Source: an uncultured virus (IMG/VR IMGVR_UViG_3300027770_000057) (Duplodnaviria > Heunggongvirae > Uroviricota > Caudoviricetes). Taken from it: a DNA stretch of 64,000 nucleotides. The notes below the pieces were generated by a model. That model saw only the letters and a list, made by a program, of their open reading frames with translations, searched no databases and was not told the DNA's origin. The translations under genes were made by a program, and so were the position numbers. The stretch covers positions 1 through 64,000 of the IMG/VR virus record IMGVR_UViG_3300027770_000057. One strand, 5' to 3'. Positions 27,437 through 36,711 of the stretch are shown here, one piece after another; position 1 is the stretch's first letter, and each line of letters opens with the position of its first letter.

Positions 27437-28207
27437 TTATCCTTTTTTAAAAAATGGACAGATATCATTATAATCGCACCTTCTGCAATGTTCTCCGACA
27501 TTTCCATGTACTTCGTCTGGATCTTTATTTATGATTTTTTTGTAAGTTTCAATTAAAGTTTTTTTGCAATTTTGTAAAGTTTCTTCGCTAAAGCTTACTG
27601 ATATTAATTCACATCCATCAAGATAAAACAAAGCTAAAACAATATTTTCTGCTTTTATATTAAACAATTCTTTTACAACTAAAGCATAAGTTTGCATTTG
27701 CAAATCGCTTTTAATTGTAAATTTATTTTTTCTATAAGGCCCTTTTTTAGTTGTTTTATAATCAATAATAAATATCTTATCGTTTTTTTTAATTAATCTA
27801 TCTATGAATCCATATGCAGTTATATTATTAGGTGGATCTAAATCAAGTTTGAATTCAAATTCTAAATCACCATCAAATCCTAAGTATTCAGTTATATTTT
27901 TAATGGCTCTTACATGATCGCCTATTTTTCTTTGATAGGCAATTGGCAAGCTAATTTTTGATTTATTATCAGAATCTCTCTGTATAGCAATATTTCCTTC
28001 TATTATATTTTTAATATAATGTTCTAAAGTATTGCTGCCTTTTGATTCGACATATAATTCGGCCCCTTTATGAATAATTTGACCGTATGTAAAATAAATT
28101 TGTTGCGGTTTATTTGAAACTACATTAAGATGATATCGGTATTTATACTGCTGTTCGCATAAATCCCAACACTGTTTTCTACTTACGCTTAAATGTGAAA
28201 TTTTCAT
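27437..28207 (-). CDS. PD-(D/E)xK exonuclease (Cas4/RecB/AddB-like) with probable Fe-S cluster
   Basis: HLSVSRKQCWDLC, GQIIH, GFIDRL, IIDYKT, QMQTYA, HCRRCDYNDICP. Confidence 0.9.
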   Translation of the reverse strand: MKISHLSVSRKQCWDLCEQQYKYRYHLNVVSNKPQQIYFTYGQIIHKGAELYVESKGSNTLEHYIKNIIEGNIAIQRDSDNKSKISLPIAYQRKIGDHVRAIKNITEYLGFDGDLEFEFKLDLDPPNNITAYGFIDRLIKKNDKIFIIDYKTTKKGPYRKNKFTIKSDLQMQTYALVVKELFNIKAENIVLALFYLDGCELISVSFSEETLQNCKKTLIETYKKIINKDPDEVHGNVGEHCRRCDYNDICPFFKKG

Positions 28208-28235
28208 ACTGTATTTTACACTATTGGAAATAATT

Positions 28236-29237
28236 ATGCAAATTAGTTTTGATGCTTTTAAAGATTGGGCAGATAAAAGATTTTCCAACATCTTAATAAA
28301 AGGCAATGAAATTAGATTAAATTCTATTTTTTCTGAAGATAAAAGTCATCATATGTGGTGTAATCCTTATGGTGGCAAAAAAACTATAGATTATGGGGTT
28401 TATCATTGTTTTAAAACAGATAAAAAAGGAACTTTGATTGGTTTGGTTATGGAAGTAGATAAGTGTGATTTTTATACCGCATTAAGGATTTTAAAAGGCG
28501 ATGCAAGGGTAAGTAATAAACCATTGAATAAAATATTAGATTTTTATGATAATAAAATTTATTCTAAAGTAAGAAAAATTAATTTCCCAGAACATTGTTT
28601 TAAAATTGATGAATTTTCAAATGATAAAATTCATCAAAATGCAATCGAATATTTAAATAAAAGAAAAATTGATTTTAAAGATTTTTATGTTTGTTTGAAT
28701 GGAAATTACAATAATAGAATTATTATACCTTATTTTAATGAAATGAAAGAATTAATTTATTTCAATTCTAGAGCGTTGCATGAAACAAAATTAAGATATT
28801 TAGGGCCACCAAAAACAATTGGCGTAGGCAAAGAAGATATTCTTTATTTCCCAAGCATTCCAACATCAAAGAAAGTTTACCTTACAGAAGGCGAATTTGA
28901 TGCTTATTCGTTAAAAACATGTGGGTTTAATAGTGCAGCTTGTGGAGGTAAAAATTTATCTGATATTCAAGCATCTATGTTATCTACTTTTAAAATTTGT
29001 CTTTGTTTAGATTTAGATAATGCAGGTACTACCGCTTTGAAAAGCATGAAAAATAAGTTAGATGCTTTTAATTCTTCTGGATCAAAAAATAGAATTACTA
29101 TAATTAGACCAGCAGAAGGGTATAAAGATTGGAATGAAATGCTTGTTAAGTTCAACATAGATGTTGTAAATGCATATATTGAAAAACACGAAAAATTATT
29201 TTCTTTAAGTGACTTTGGAGGCTTCAATGAATTCTGA
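28236..29237 (+). CDS. DNA primase (TOPRIM; DnaG/T4 gp61-like)
   Basis: YHCFK, YLNKRKI, RIIIPY, NSRAL, RYL, LTEGEFDA, CLDLDNAG, KDWNEM. Confidence 0.92.
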   Translation: MQISFDAFKDWADKRFSNILIKGNEIRLNSIFSEDKSHHMWCNPYGGKKTIDYGVYHCFKTDKKGTLIGLVMEVDKCDFYTALRILKGDARVSNKPLNKILDFYDNKIYSKVRKINFPEHCFKIDEFSNDKIHQNAIEYLNKRKIDFKDFYVCLNGNYNNRIIIPYFNEMKELIYFNSRALHETKLRYLGPPKTIGVGKEDILYFPSIPTSKKVYLTEGEFDAYSLKTCGFNSAACGGKNLSDIQASMLSTFKICLCLDLDNAGTTALKSMKNKLDAFNSSGSKNRITIIRPAEGYKDWNEMLVKFNIDVVNAYIEKHEKLFSLSDFGGFNEF

Positions 29238-29526
29238 TATTAAAAAAATATTTTTAAATAAAATTTGTACCATAATATTAAAACCAATTAATAGAAACTT
29301 TAACGAAGAACAAAACATTAATTATTTTGTTGGATCTGTTATTGATATTAACGAAGAAGGAATCTTAATGGAACACCCAGAAAATAAATGTAAAAGTTTT
29401 TTTTATAAAAATTCTATTATTGGTTTGGCAGAAGAATTAGTTGTTTATAAAAAAGATGAAGTAAAAAATAAGAATTTTAATCCTTATGAAAACATAGATG
29501 ATTTGACGGATGTTATTAAAAAATAA
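29227..29526 (+). CDS. hypothetical protein (possible Sm/SH3-like beta barrel)
   Basis: GGAGG SD; FVGSVIDINEEGILM. Confidence 0.65.
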   Translation: MNSDIKKIFLNKICTIILKPINRNFNEEQNINYFVGSVIDINEEGILMEHPENKCKSFFYKNSIIGLAEELVVYKKDEVKNKNFNPYENIDDLTDVIKK

Positions 29527-29528
29527 TA

Positions 29529-30338
29529 TTAAATATCTGGTATACCAAGACATCCAATTGTTATTCTTGATAGAAAAATATCAAGATCTTTTTTGTTATA
29601 ACTGTCAATGTTTTCTTCTATGCATCTATAAAGATCATCAACTTTATTCTCTTTGATAGTTAAAATTATTTTTTTATTTAAAAGTTCTTCAAATTTAGTA
29701 ATTTGATTTTTAATATCAACTACAAAATCTTTTCTATCAAGATTATTTAACAAGTCTGATATTTTTTCTTTTATTTCTTTAATTTTTTCAACTAAATATA
29801 AATCTGGTTTAGTAGCTTCTTCTGGTTCTTCTGGTTCTTCTGGTTCTTCTGGCTTGCTTGGTTCTGCTAGTTCAGAAGAAGGTTCTACAGTAACTTTTTT
29901 TGCTGCTTCGTATCTTTTTTCGTTTTTTAAAACATTAATAATTACATTTAAAGTATTTTCAATTTCATTTATTTTATCTGATATTTCTTGAACCATTTTA
30001 TCTCGACTCAATTCAATTGAATAATAATTAGATTGATTCCAAGTTTTTATAGCATCATAAATTAAATTATATGTTTTTTCATCAAGACAAAAATCAGGAA
30101 TGTTGTTGTAAACTGGCTTCTTTTTTCCAAATAATTTTTCTAATACAGTTTTTTTTTCAGAATCAACATCTGGATTCTGTGTTTTTATTTCAGATTTGCA
30201 TTTCTCTTTTAAATCATTTAGAAATTTATTATAAGACGGAAAATTGTCATCAACAAAACTTCTTGTTTTGCCAATAAATTCTCTTTTTAATTCTTTCAAA
30301 GTTGAAACAAGATTATATAACTGTCTTAAGTTTGCCAT
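29529..30338 (-). CDS. hypothetical protein with EPE repeats
   Basis: 269-aa ORF; 9-bp repeats near 29816-29851. Confidence 0.7.
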   Translation of the reverse strand: MANLRQLYNLVSTLKELKREFIGKTRSFVDDNFPSYNKFLNDLKEKCKSEIKTQNPDVDSEKKTVLEKLFGKKKPVYNNIPDFCLDEKTYNLIYDAIKTWNQSNYYSIELSRDKMVQEISDKINEIENTLNVIINVLKNEKRYEAAKKVTVEPSSELAEPSKPEEPEEPEEPEEATKPDLYLVEKIKEIKEKISDLLNNLDRKDFVVDIKNQITKFEELLNKKIILTIKENKVDDLYRCIEENIDSYNKKDLDIFLSRITIGCLGIPDI

Positions 30339-30341
30339 GTA

Positions 30342-30809
30342 CTATATATTATTTTTTTTTAAAAAGCTTCCGATTTTTTTCAAAGACATTATTTTTGAAT
30401 CGAAATCATGAAAATCACTATTTGTATACTGTATGTTTAATTCATTGAATTGAGATTCTTCTTCGTTTGAAACAACATCAAAATAAAAACTTTTTCCTAT
30501 TTTGCTTATTAATTTAAACTTATGCATTAAAAGATATGCAGCAACTCCTAAATCAGTAACAAAGCAGTCTGAGTTGCTTTTAATATTAAAATCTTGTAAT
30601 TTTTTAAGTCCCATTAAACAATGATCAAAGTAATGAAATTCACTTAATAGATAGCTAACAATTAATTCATCAAATTTAAGTTCATCATTTTCATTAATTT
30701 CAAAAAAAAATATTTTTTCTTTTTTACCTAATAAATTAAACTTATTCATTAGCAAATAAGCTGAAATTCCTAAATCTGCTTGTGATTTAACTATTTTATT
30801 ATTTATCAT
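30342..30809 (-). CDS. protein with two tandem copies of a ~75-aa domain (DUF5659-like)
   Basis: DLGISAYLLMNKFNLLGK…SEFHYFD…LKK repeated as DLGVAAYLLMHKFKLISK…SDFHDFD…LKK. Confidence 0.7.
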   Translation of the reverse strand: MINNKIVKSQADLGISAYLLMNKFNLLGKKEKIFFFEINENDELKFDELIVSYLLSEFHYFDHCLMGLKKLQDFNIKSNSDCFVTDLGVAAYLLMHKFKLISKIGKSFYFDVVSNEEESQFNELNIQYTNSDFHDFDSKIMSLKKIGSFLKKNNI

Positions 30810-31816
30810 GATAAGGATGCCTCTGCTGCAATATAACAGCCTCTAGTTACACTAAACAAAGGATCAGGTGGCATTATTACATTTCCAATTGGAATGCTTA
30901 AATCGGCACTTTTAATTGTTTGTTCAAATATTTCTTTAAATCCATCTATACTTGCAGTTCCACCAGCTACAACAAAATCAATTGGTTCAGCAATTCTTAC
31001 TGATTTACCAGCATTTGCTAATCCATTCTTAATACCGACTACAGTTTTTTCAATCATCAACTTATATTGAGTTTGTATTGCTCTTTCAATCAAGTTTGTT
31101 GGTTCTTTTATTAGACTAACTTTCATTTTTTCTTTATTTATGAAAGTTGGGCTTTCGCCAGTAGCCTTTGCAGCTTGTTTATCAATCCAATCTCCTGAAT
31201 TTACTATTGCAAATTGAAAAATTGGATTTCCATACATTGCAAAACAAACATTAACCATGCCCCCACCGCAACTACAACTTATACCTGTAAAATTTTTATT
31301 TCCTAATTCAGCATAGACTAATGCTAATGCTTCATTTATTGGTCTAGATTCTAATTTTGATCCATTGTTAGATTCATAAGCATTAAAAATAGCTTGTAAT
31401 ACCTTGCTGTGATAATCAGCATCTGTTTCTAAGTTAATTGCATTTGCTGGCACACAATAATACAAAAGAGAATTTTCTTGAATATCACCAATTAAACTAT
31501 GTATCATAATGCTTAAAATTTGAAATGCATCTTTTTCTTTAGGATTCACACATCCATCACACATCGGTCTTTTTAATTCTAAGCTAGGTAAAGTATAAGC
31601 CATGTTTACAGCAGATTCGCCTAATGCATATGCTACCTTTCCTTTTTCAATTAATGGAACGCCTGCATTTTTCATCATGTTGAAAACGAATCTGTTTTCT
31701 AAAGGTAGCTCTAAGAAAGCATTAATTTCTTTTTTGTATGAAAACTCTTCTTTGTTTTTCTTGCTACAAATTAAAGTATATGTGCCAACATCGAATCCAA
31801 TAATTGATTTTGCCAT
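30806..31816 (-). CDS. actin-like ATPase (MreB/FtsA/ParM superfamily)
   Basis: Phosphate-1 IGFDVGT, RPMCDGCV, YCVPA, connect-1 INEALA, phosphate-2 SCGGGMVNV, SGDWID, adenosine VAGGTA, VTRG. Confidence 0.88.
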   Translation of the reverse strand: MAKSIIGFDVGTYTLICSKKNKEEFSYKKEINAFLELPLENRFVFNMMKNAGVPLIEKGKVAYALGESAVNMAYTLPSLELKRPMCDGCVNPKEKDAFQILSIMIHSLIGDIQENSLLYYCVPANAINLETDADYHSKVLQAIFNAYESNNGSKLESRPINEALALVYAELGNKNFTGISCSCGGGMVNVCFAMYGNPIFQFAIVNSGDWIDKQAAKATGESPTFINKEKMKVSLIKEPTNLIERAIQTQYKLMIEKTVVGIKNGLANAGKSVRIAEPIDFVVAGGTASIDGFKEIFEQTIKSADLSIPIGNVIMPPDPLFSVTRGCYIAAEASLS

Positions 31817-31825
31817 GACTTCCTT

Positions 31826-32068
31826 TTATTTACCAAAGTTTAAATTGTTTGTCTTTGTGGATTTAAAATCAGGTATCTCCCACATAGGATTTTCTTCTTT
31901 TTCTTTAGTATCATTAGTTAAATTTATAATAGTGTTTTGTGGAGAATTTTGAGAATTAAAATTAGGCATACCAGTAAAATTGATATTTACATCTAGTGTT
32001 ATATGAAGAGAACACTCTCCATCTTTTGTAACTACTTTCACTTTATTGTTGTCTATTTTGTAAACCAT
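31826..32068 (-). CDS. hypothetical protein
   Basis: 80-aa ORF from ATG 32068, between the GT9 and actin-like genes. Confidence 0.65.
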   Translation of the reverse strand: MVYKIDNNKVKVVTKDGECSLHITLDVNINFTGMPNFNSQNSPQNTIINLTNDTKEKEENPMWEIPDFKSTKTNNLNFGK

Positions 32069-32072
32069 AGTA

Positions 32073-33038
32073 TTAAAAATATTTATTAATAAGCTCTTCG
32101 ATTTTTCCAACGAATTCTTCATTAGTTAATTCAGAAACACAAGGTTTATTACTTATTACATTTGTTTTAGTACAAGCACCATAATTCCAGCAAGGGCCAC
32201 AATCCCAATTACCATTTTTCCTATGTCTTTGTAAAACAATTGTATTTTTATAATACTTGCAATATACATATCCATCTACATAGCTAAAAATTGCTAAATT
32301 TGGTTTATTTAACCCACCAGAGCAGTGTAAATGTCCTGTATCTACAGTTATTGTTGCTTTTGATAAGTAATGGGCAGCAATTACATCATCAAAAGAATTT
32401 AAGCATAAAAATGGATATCCTTTTCCTATTAAACTTAAATTAATTTGATTATGTAAAATTATACAATTAATTTTCCTCTGATATAAATACTTCAATATAA
32501 ATTCAATTTGACCAACTAATAAATCTTTAGCTGGTTGAGCAGAAAAAGGGCATAATAATACAACAGGAGCTTTATTAAATATTATAAATTTTTCAATATA
32601 AGAGTTTACTTTGATTATCGATTCTTCTCTTGGAGACAAATACATATTATGATTCTCAGGGTAGACACCACAATGTTCAGCCCATATGTCACTTCTGTGA
32701 GTAACACAATTAACTAAATATTTCCATTCGTGTCTAATGCAAGCATTTTTTAAATCAAATACTTTTATAAAATCATTTTTATTTATTGATCCTGAATCTG
32801 AAATTTCATCTATAAAAGGATGGGATCCTATAGAGTGATAAGCTTTTGGAATTGACCAATTAATATAAAAATGAGGATATTTTTTCTTTATATCTTCAAA
32901 CATCATTCTCATCATTAGAATGTCACCAAACCCACCCATTTCTCTCAAAAATAATATTTTTTTTCTTTTATTATAATATTCATCAATTTTATTTATGTAA
33001 ATATCATTGTTTGGTTTTTTAATTAAACATTTAAGCAT
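32073..33038 (-). CDS. glycosyltransferase family 9 (heptosyltransferase-like)
   Basis: GGFGDILM, HPFIDEI, LCPFSAQPAKD, ITVDTGHLH, CGPCW…PC. Confidence 0.88.
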   Translation of the reverse strand: MLKCLIKKPNNDIYINKIDEYYNKRKKILFLREMGGFGDILMMRMMFEDIKKKYPHFYINWSIPKAYHSIGSHPFIDEISDSGSINKNDFIKVFDLKNACIRHEWKYLVNCVTHRSDIWAEHCGVYPENHNMYLSPREESIIKVNSYIEKFIIFNKAPVVLLCPFSAQPAKDLLVGQIEFILKYLYQRKINCIILHNQINLSLIGKGYPFLCLNSFDDVIAAHYLSKATITVDTGHLHCSGGLNKPNLAIFSYVDGYVYCKYYKNTIVLQRHRKNGNWDCGPCWNYGACTKTNVISNKPCVSELTNEEFVGKIEELINKYF

Positions 33039-33051
33039 AACTTATTATAAT

Positions 33052-33089
33052 AAAAAAAGTCATCTTGTTAAAGATGACTTTTTATTTTT
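33052..33089 (-). terminator. rho-independent terminator
   Basis: AAAAAGTCATCTT-gtta-AAGATGACTTTTT. Confidence 0.8.
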
Positions 33090-33107
33090 TAAAGTTTTAT
33101 ATGCTTT

Positions 33108-33674
33108 TTAGGTATAGCAAATACTTTTTACGCCAGCAATAATTTGAATAGAAGCAGATCCTGCACCAGCAGCAGAGAAACCAAGACTAGTAATTTGCAA
33201 ATCGCCATGATTAAAAGTTTGGGTAGAAGTTGAACCAATTGTGAACTGTGCAGATGGTAATCCGTTTAGTTCGCAAACAACATCATCTTCACCATTGTTT
33301 GTTATTTGAATAAATGATGCAAATGAATTATAAAGAGTTAAATAATTAATAGCTTCTACAATAGAAGTTGTAACAGTAGTGACATTAGTTACTACTGGGA
33401 AACTATTTTCACTTGGATCATTACTGTATACAGATCCATCATCGGTTACAGTTTCAACAATAGCATCTTCATAAGATGCTTGAGGATAAGCAAATTTTTT
33501 CCAATAGTTACAATCAGTAAAAGTTTCACCATCCATTAATTCTCTGTAAATCCCATTAGGGCCAGCAACATACATTCCTCTTTGAACAGAAGGATTTATT
33601 TGTGATCCATTAGAAGGATTAATGTCTAATTTTCCTTGATCTATATTATTAAGGGCTACTTTAAATTCACTCAT
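33108..33674 (-). CDS. putative virion structural protein (beta-rich)
   Basis: AAGGAG SD, own terminator, Thr/Ser/Gly-rich composition. Confidence 0.65.
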   Translation of the reverse strand: MSEFKVALNNIDQGKLDINPSNGSQINPSVQRGMYVAGPNGIYRELMDGETFTDCNYWKKFAYPQASYEDAIVETVTDDGSVYSNDPSENSFPVVTNVTTVTTSIVEAINYLTLYNSFASFIQITNNGEDDVVCELNGLPSAQFTIGSTSTQTFNHGDLQITSLGFSAAGAGSASIQIIAGVKSICYT

Positions 33675-33731
33675 TTTTTCTCCTTTAAGATTTATATTGT
33701 ATTCTTACAATTATCTAATCTATATATAAAG

Positions 33732-34337
33732 CTAAGAGCTAAAAATGATATTTTCTGGGAAGATTTTCTTATAAATATCTTTACAATAGCTGTCTTCTAC
33801 TAGAATTGTTTCTAACCCTCTGTATGCTCCTAGATATAATTCTGGGGATTCTAGACCAGCAATGCATCCTAATTCGTTTACATTGTAATCCTCATTAACT
33901 ATTTCATATCCTTTACTTATAATAAACTCTTTTAGATTTTTAAGCTTGTTTGAATTTAAAGTTGTCCTTCTAGTTGATTCTATTATTAAACATTTTTTTG
34001 ATAAATTTTTTACTAGAGGCTCTTTCTTTACAACTAAATTAATATTCGTATCAAGAATCAACGATGTCAATGGATGAACCTTGAAGTTTTCTTTACAATC
34101 ATAAATACAACCAAACTTTTTCTTGTTGTTTATTAAGAAATCAAAATCAATAATGTTTTTTTGTTTATTAAAATTTCCAGATACTGATTTGTTGAATCCA
34201 TAAAATATTTTCAACTCTGGGAAATATTCTTCTAGTTTTTTTCTAATTAACAAAAGAATTATTGGTATTTCTAAGTTGTGACTTAGATATGATATGCAGT
34301 AATTATTGTAAATCATATTATAATTTTCAATTATCAT
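33732..34337 (-). CDS. hypothetical protein
   Basis: ORF; start taken at ATG 34337 to avoid overlap with the divergent small ORF. Confidence 0.65.
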   Translation of the reverse strand: MIIENYNMIYNNYCISYLSHNLEIPIILLLIRKKLEEYFPELKIFYGFNKSVSGNFNKQKNIIDFDFLINNKKKFGCIYDCKENFKVHPLTSLILDTNINLVVKKEPLVKNLSKKCLIIESTRRTTLNSNKLKNLKEFIISKGYEIVNEDYNVNELGCIAGLESPELYLGAYRGLETILVEDSYCKDIYKKIFPENIIFSS

Positions 34338-34352
34338 GTATATATTTATTAT

Positions 34353-34514
34353 ATGGATGAAAAACAAAAAACAACTGATATTTTAATTGAAAGCAAAGAA
34401 GGTTTACAAGAATTAATGAATAATTTTGATAATAAAGAAGAAGCATTAATTAAATTACTTGAAATTATTAAAGAAAAGGGGAAATTAGATGAAGCATTTT
34501 TTATACCTTTGTAA
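34353..34514 (+). CDS. small hypothetical protein (53 aa, not in the ORF track)
   Basis: MDEKQKTTDILIESKEGLQELMNNFDNKEEALIKLLEIIKEKGKLDEAFFIPL* read manually. Confidence 0.55.
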   Translation: MDEKQKTTDILIESKEGLQELMNNFDNKEEALIKLLEIIKEKGKLDEAFFIPL

Positions 34515-34836
34515 AAGGGATAAAAAAGGGGTTATCCTCCTTTTAACTTTAAATGGCGGGAAAATACCAATAACATACCTTAACGATTTTGATAATATTG
34601 GATTGCCAGATAATATAAAACAAAAATGTGAAAGATATTATGATTCTTTAAGATTTAATTGGCAAATTGTCGTTGAGTCAAATGATAACTTTGATATAAT
34701 TAAAAAGAATCTTCATAAGAATGGTTATAAAAATATACAATTTGATAATGCTCCTTTGTTTTTCAACTTAGAATCAAATAAATTGAATATTTTAGAAAAA
34801 TTACCAAAAAAGATGTTGCAAAAAAAAATTATTTGA
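34489..34836 (+). CDS. hypothetical protein
   Basis: 115-aa ORF. Confidence 0.65.
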   Translation: MKHFLYLCKRDKKGVILLLTLNGGKIPITYLNDFDNIGLPDNIKQKCERYYDSLRFNWQIVVESNDNFDIIKKNLHKNGYKNIQFDNAPLFFNLESNKLNILEKLPKKMLQKKII

Positions 34837-34898
34837 TTAAACTTAAAATTGTGTTGCTTGTTAAATTTATTTTGCTGTGTTTAAACACGGAGGTATTT

Positions 34899-35468
34899 AT
34901 GAACGGTGTTAAGAATTGGTTGGCATACGCTGGGTTGGCTTGCGTTACAGGCTTTGCAATTTTTCAAAATTATCAAATTAATAAATTGCAAATGATTAAT
35001 CAAATTACTTTTGAAGCTCGCCATCTTACTGATGATAGCTTTAAAGAGTTATTCATGATAACAATGGGTAACATTCGTGATAACCAAATGGAAAACATCA
35101 AAAGCACTGGTAAGGTAGAAGGAATGCTGGCTGTTATTTCAAATCAAAAACCACAAGACAGTGAAACATCTGCATTATGGCATGCTGGATATTACAGAGG
35201 CATTGATCAAAGCCAAGATATGGCTGCAATTTCTTATGAGACTGGATATCATGCTGCTTTAGATGATATTAGTTGTCCTATAAACAAAAGACCAAACTCT
35301 GAAACCATAAAAGCTAAGAGTCCTTATAACAAAGATTCTTTAGATTCAGAACAAGATAATAAAATCAAGCCTGTTTCTAATAATTCTAATGAAGGTAATA
35401 AGCCAAAAATTACTACCAGTCCTGAACAAAAAATTGCTCCTGTTAAAGATAAGCCTAATAATAATTAA
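34899..35468 (+). CDS. membrane-anchored hypothetical protein
   Basis: GGAGGT SD before ATG 34899; N-terminal hydrophobic helix; repeated HAGYYRG/YETGYHA. Confidence 0.75.
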   Translation: MNGVKNWLAYAGLACVTGFAIFQNYQINKLQMINQITFEARHLTDDSFKELFMITMGNIRDNQMENIKSTGKVEGMLAVISNQKPQDSETSALWHAGYYRGIDQSQDMAAISYETGYHAALDDISCPINKRPNSETIKAKSPYNKDSLDSEQDNKIKPVSNNSNEGNKPKITTSPEQKIAPVKDKPNNN

Positions 35469-35506
35469 GGTATTAGTATGTAATTTTTAAAAAAGCACCA
35501 TCATTA

Positions 35507-35800
35507 TTAATTTTGGTGCTTTTTTAAATTTTCTTTTTCTATCAGAAATTTGCCTTTTTTAGTTTCAATGATGATTAATCCTTCAGTTGAAATTTCTGCG
35601 ATCCTTCCTCCATGCTTTCTGAAATATTTAGCCATTTCATAATCATCATTATTTGAATCTACACTTTCAATAACTTCTAATAAATTAGAAAAGCTTATTT
35701 TAGAATAAACTTTAACTCCTATAATATTATTATTATTTGTGTCTTGATCGTTTCCCAGCCATTTTTGAAATCCATCTATTGAAAGATAATTTTTACTCAT
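35507..35800 (-). CDS. hypothetical protein
   Basis: 97-aa ORF with ATGA overlap. Confidence 0.7.
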   Translation of the reverse strand: MSKNYLSIDGFQKWLGNDQDTNNNNIIGVKVYSKISFSNLLEVIESVDSNNDDYEMAKYFRKHGGRIAEISTEGLIIIETKKGKFLIEKENLKKHQN

Positions 35801-36711
35801 AATTTTAAATATTCTATTAGACTTTCTTTGTTTATATATGTAGCAAAATTAAAAGTTTTTTCTAAACCATGGTGAAAAATATTTAAATTATTATTTTTTT
35901 TCTTTAACCAGAATACCATAGAGTCAATAATTGATTCCGATAATTTATTTTGTTGATATTGATAATGCAATTCATTGTTGTGTAAAATAGTTGCAGGTCT
36001 TTCTTTTTCAAAAGCCTCAGAACAATAAAGTAAAAATATATTTTTTGCATTACAATAATAACAATAATTAATTGCAGCACAAATTGGATTTCTATAATCA
36101 TCTAAATGTTTTGAATCATCATTTTTAACACTTGGATTGTAGTTTTCTAATGGAGTTGGATTGTAAAAATTTATATTTTTATATTTATAATAATCAATAA
36201 ATTTATTATAAACCCTAGTGCTTAATAAACAATTTGGATAAAATTTATTACTAATATTGTTTAAGCATTCTTGAAAAGGATTGTTTTCAACAAACAAATC
36301 AGGTAAAACTTTTATATTATTCCATTTTTTCAAAGAGTTATTAGTTAAAATAATAAATTTTTTATTAATGTTTATTTTTTCTAAAATGTTTTCTATGTTA
36401 TTAAAACCAAAACCATCTGAGACTATTATTACATTTTTTTGACTTAAATCTTTTGGTTCAAATCTTGGAATGTTTGAACCAATGTTTTTATTATCATTTT
36501 CAATGAAGAATTTTATTTCATCATCTTTATAAAGTTTATTAATATCAATTGGTCTTGCATGTGGCAAAGTAAAATTTCTTACCCATATATTTTTTTCTAC
36601 ATAAATATATTGATTGCCATTTTTATGATTTTTTATTGTTAAATTTTTATCTTTATTTTCTAGGAGGACACGGTATGATTGCAAAACAGGGGAGGTCTTC
36701 GGCATTTTCAT
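35797..36711 (-). CDS. MptE/Maf (DUF115)-like Rossmann-fold transferase, degenerate
   Basis: VIIVSDGFGF…FIILTNNSL…PDLFV…AAINYCYYCNAKNIFLL follows the DUF115 motif order; start uncertain. Confidence 0.5.
   Translation of the reverse strand: MKMPKTSPVLQSYRVLLENKDKNLTIKNHKNGNQYIYVEKNIWVRNFTLPHARPIDINKLYKDDEIKFFIENDNKNIGSNIPRFEPKDLSQKNVIIVSDGFGFNNIENILEKININKKFIILTNNSLKKWNNIKVLPDLFVENNPFQECLNNISNKFYPNCLLSTRVYNKFIDYYKYKNINFYNPTPLENYNPSVKNDDSKHLDDYRNPICAAINYCYYCNAKNIFLLYCSEAFEKERPATILHNNELHYQYQQNKLSESIIDSMVFWLKKKNNNLNIFHHGLEKTFNFATYINKESLIEYLKL

Noticed and set aside
27437..28207. Cas4-like gene as evidence of a CRISPR-Cas system
   Set aside because: No array or other cas genes seen; solo PD-(D/E)xK nucleases are common in phages
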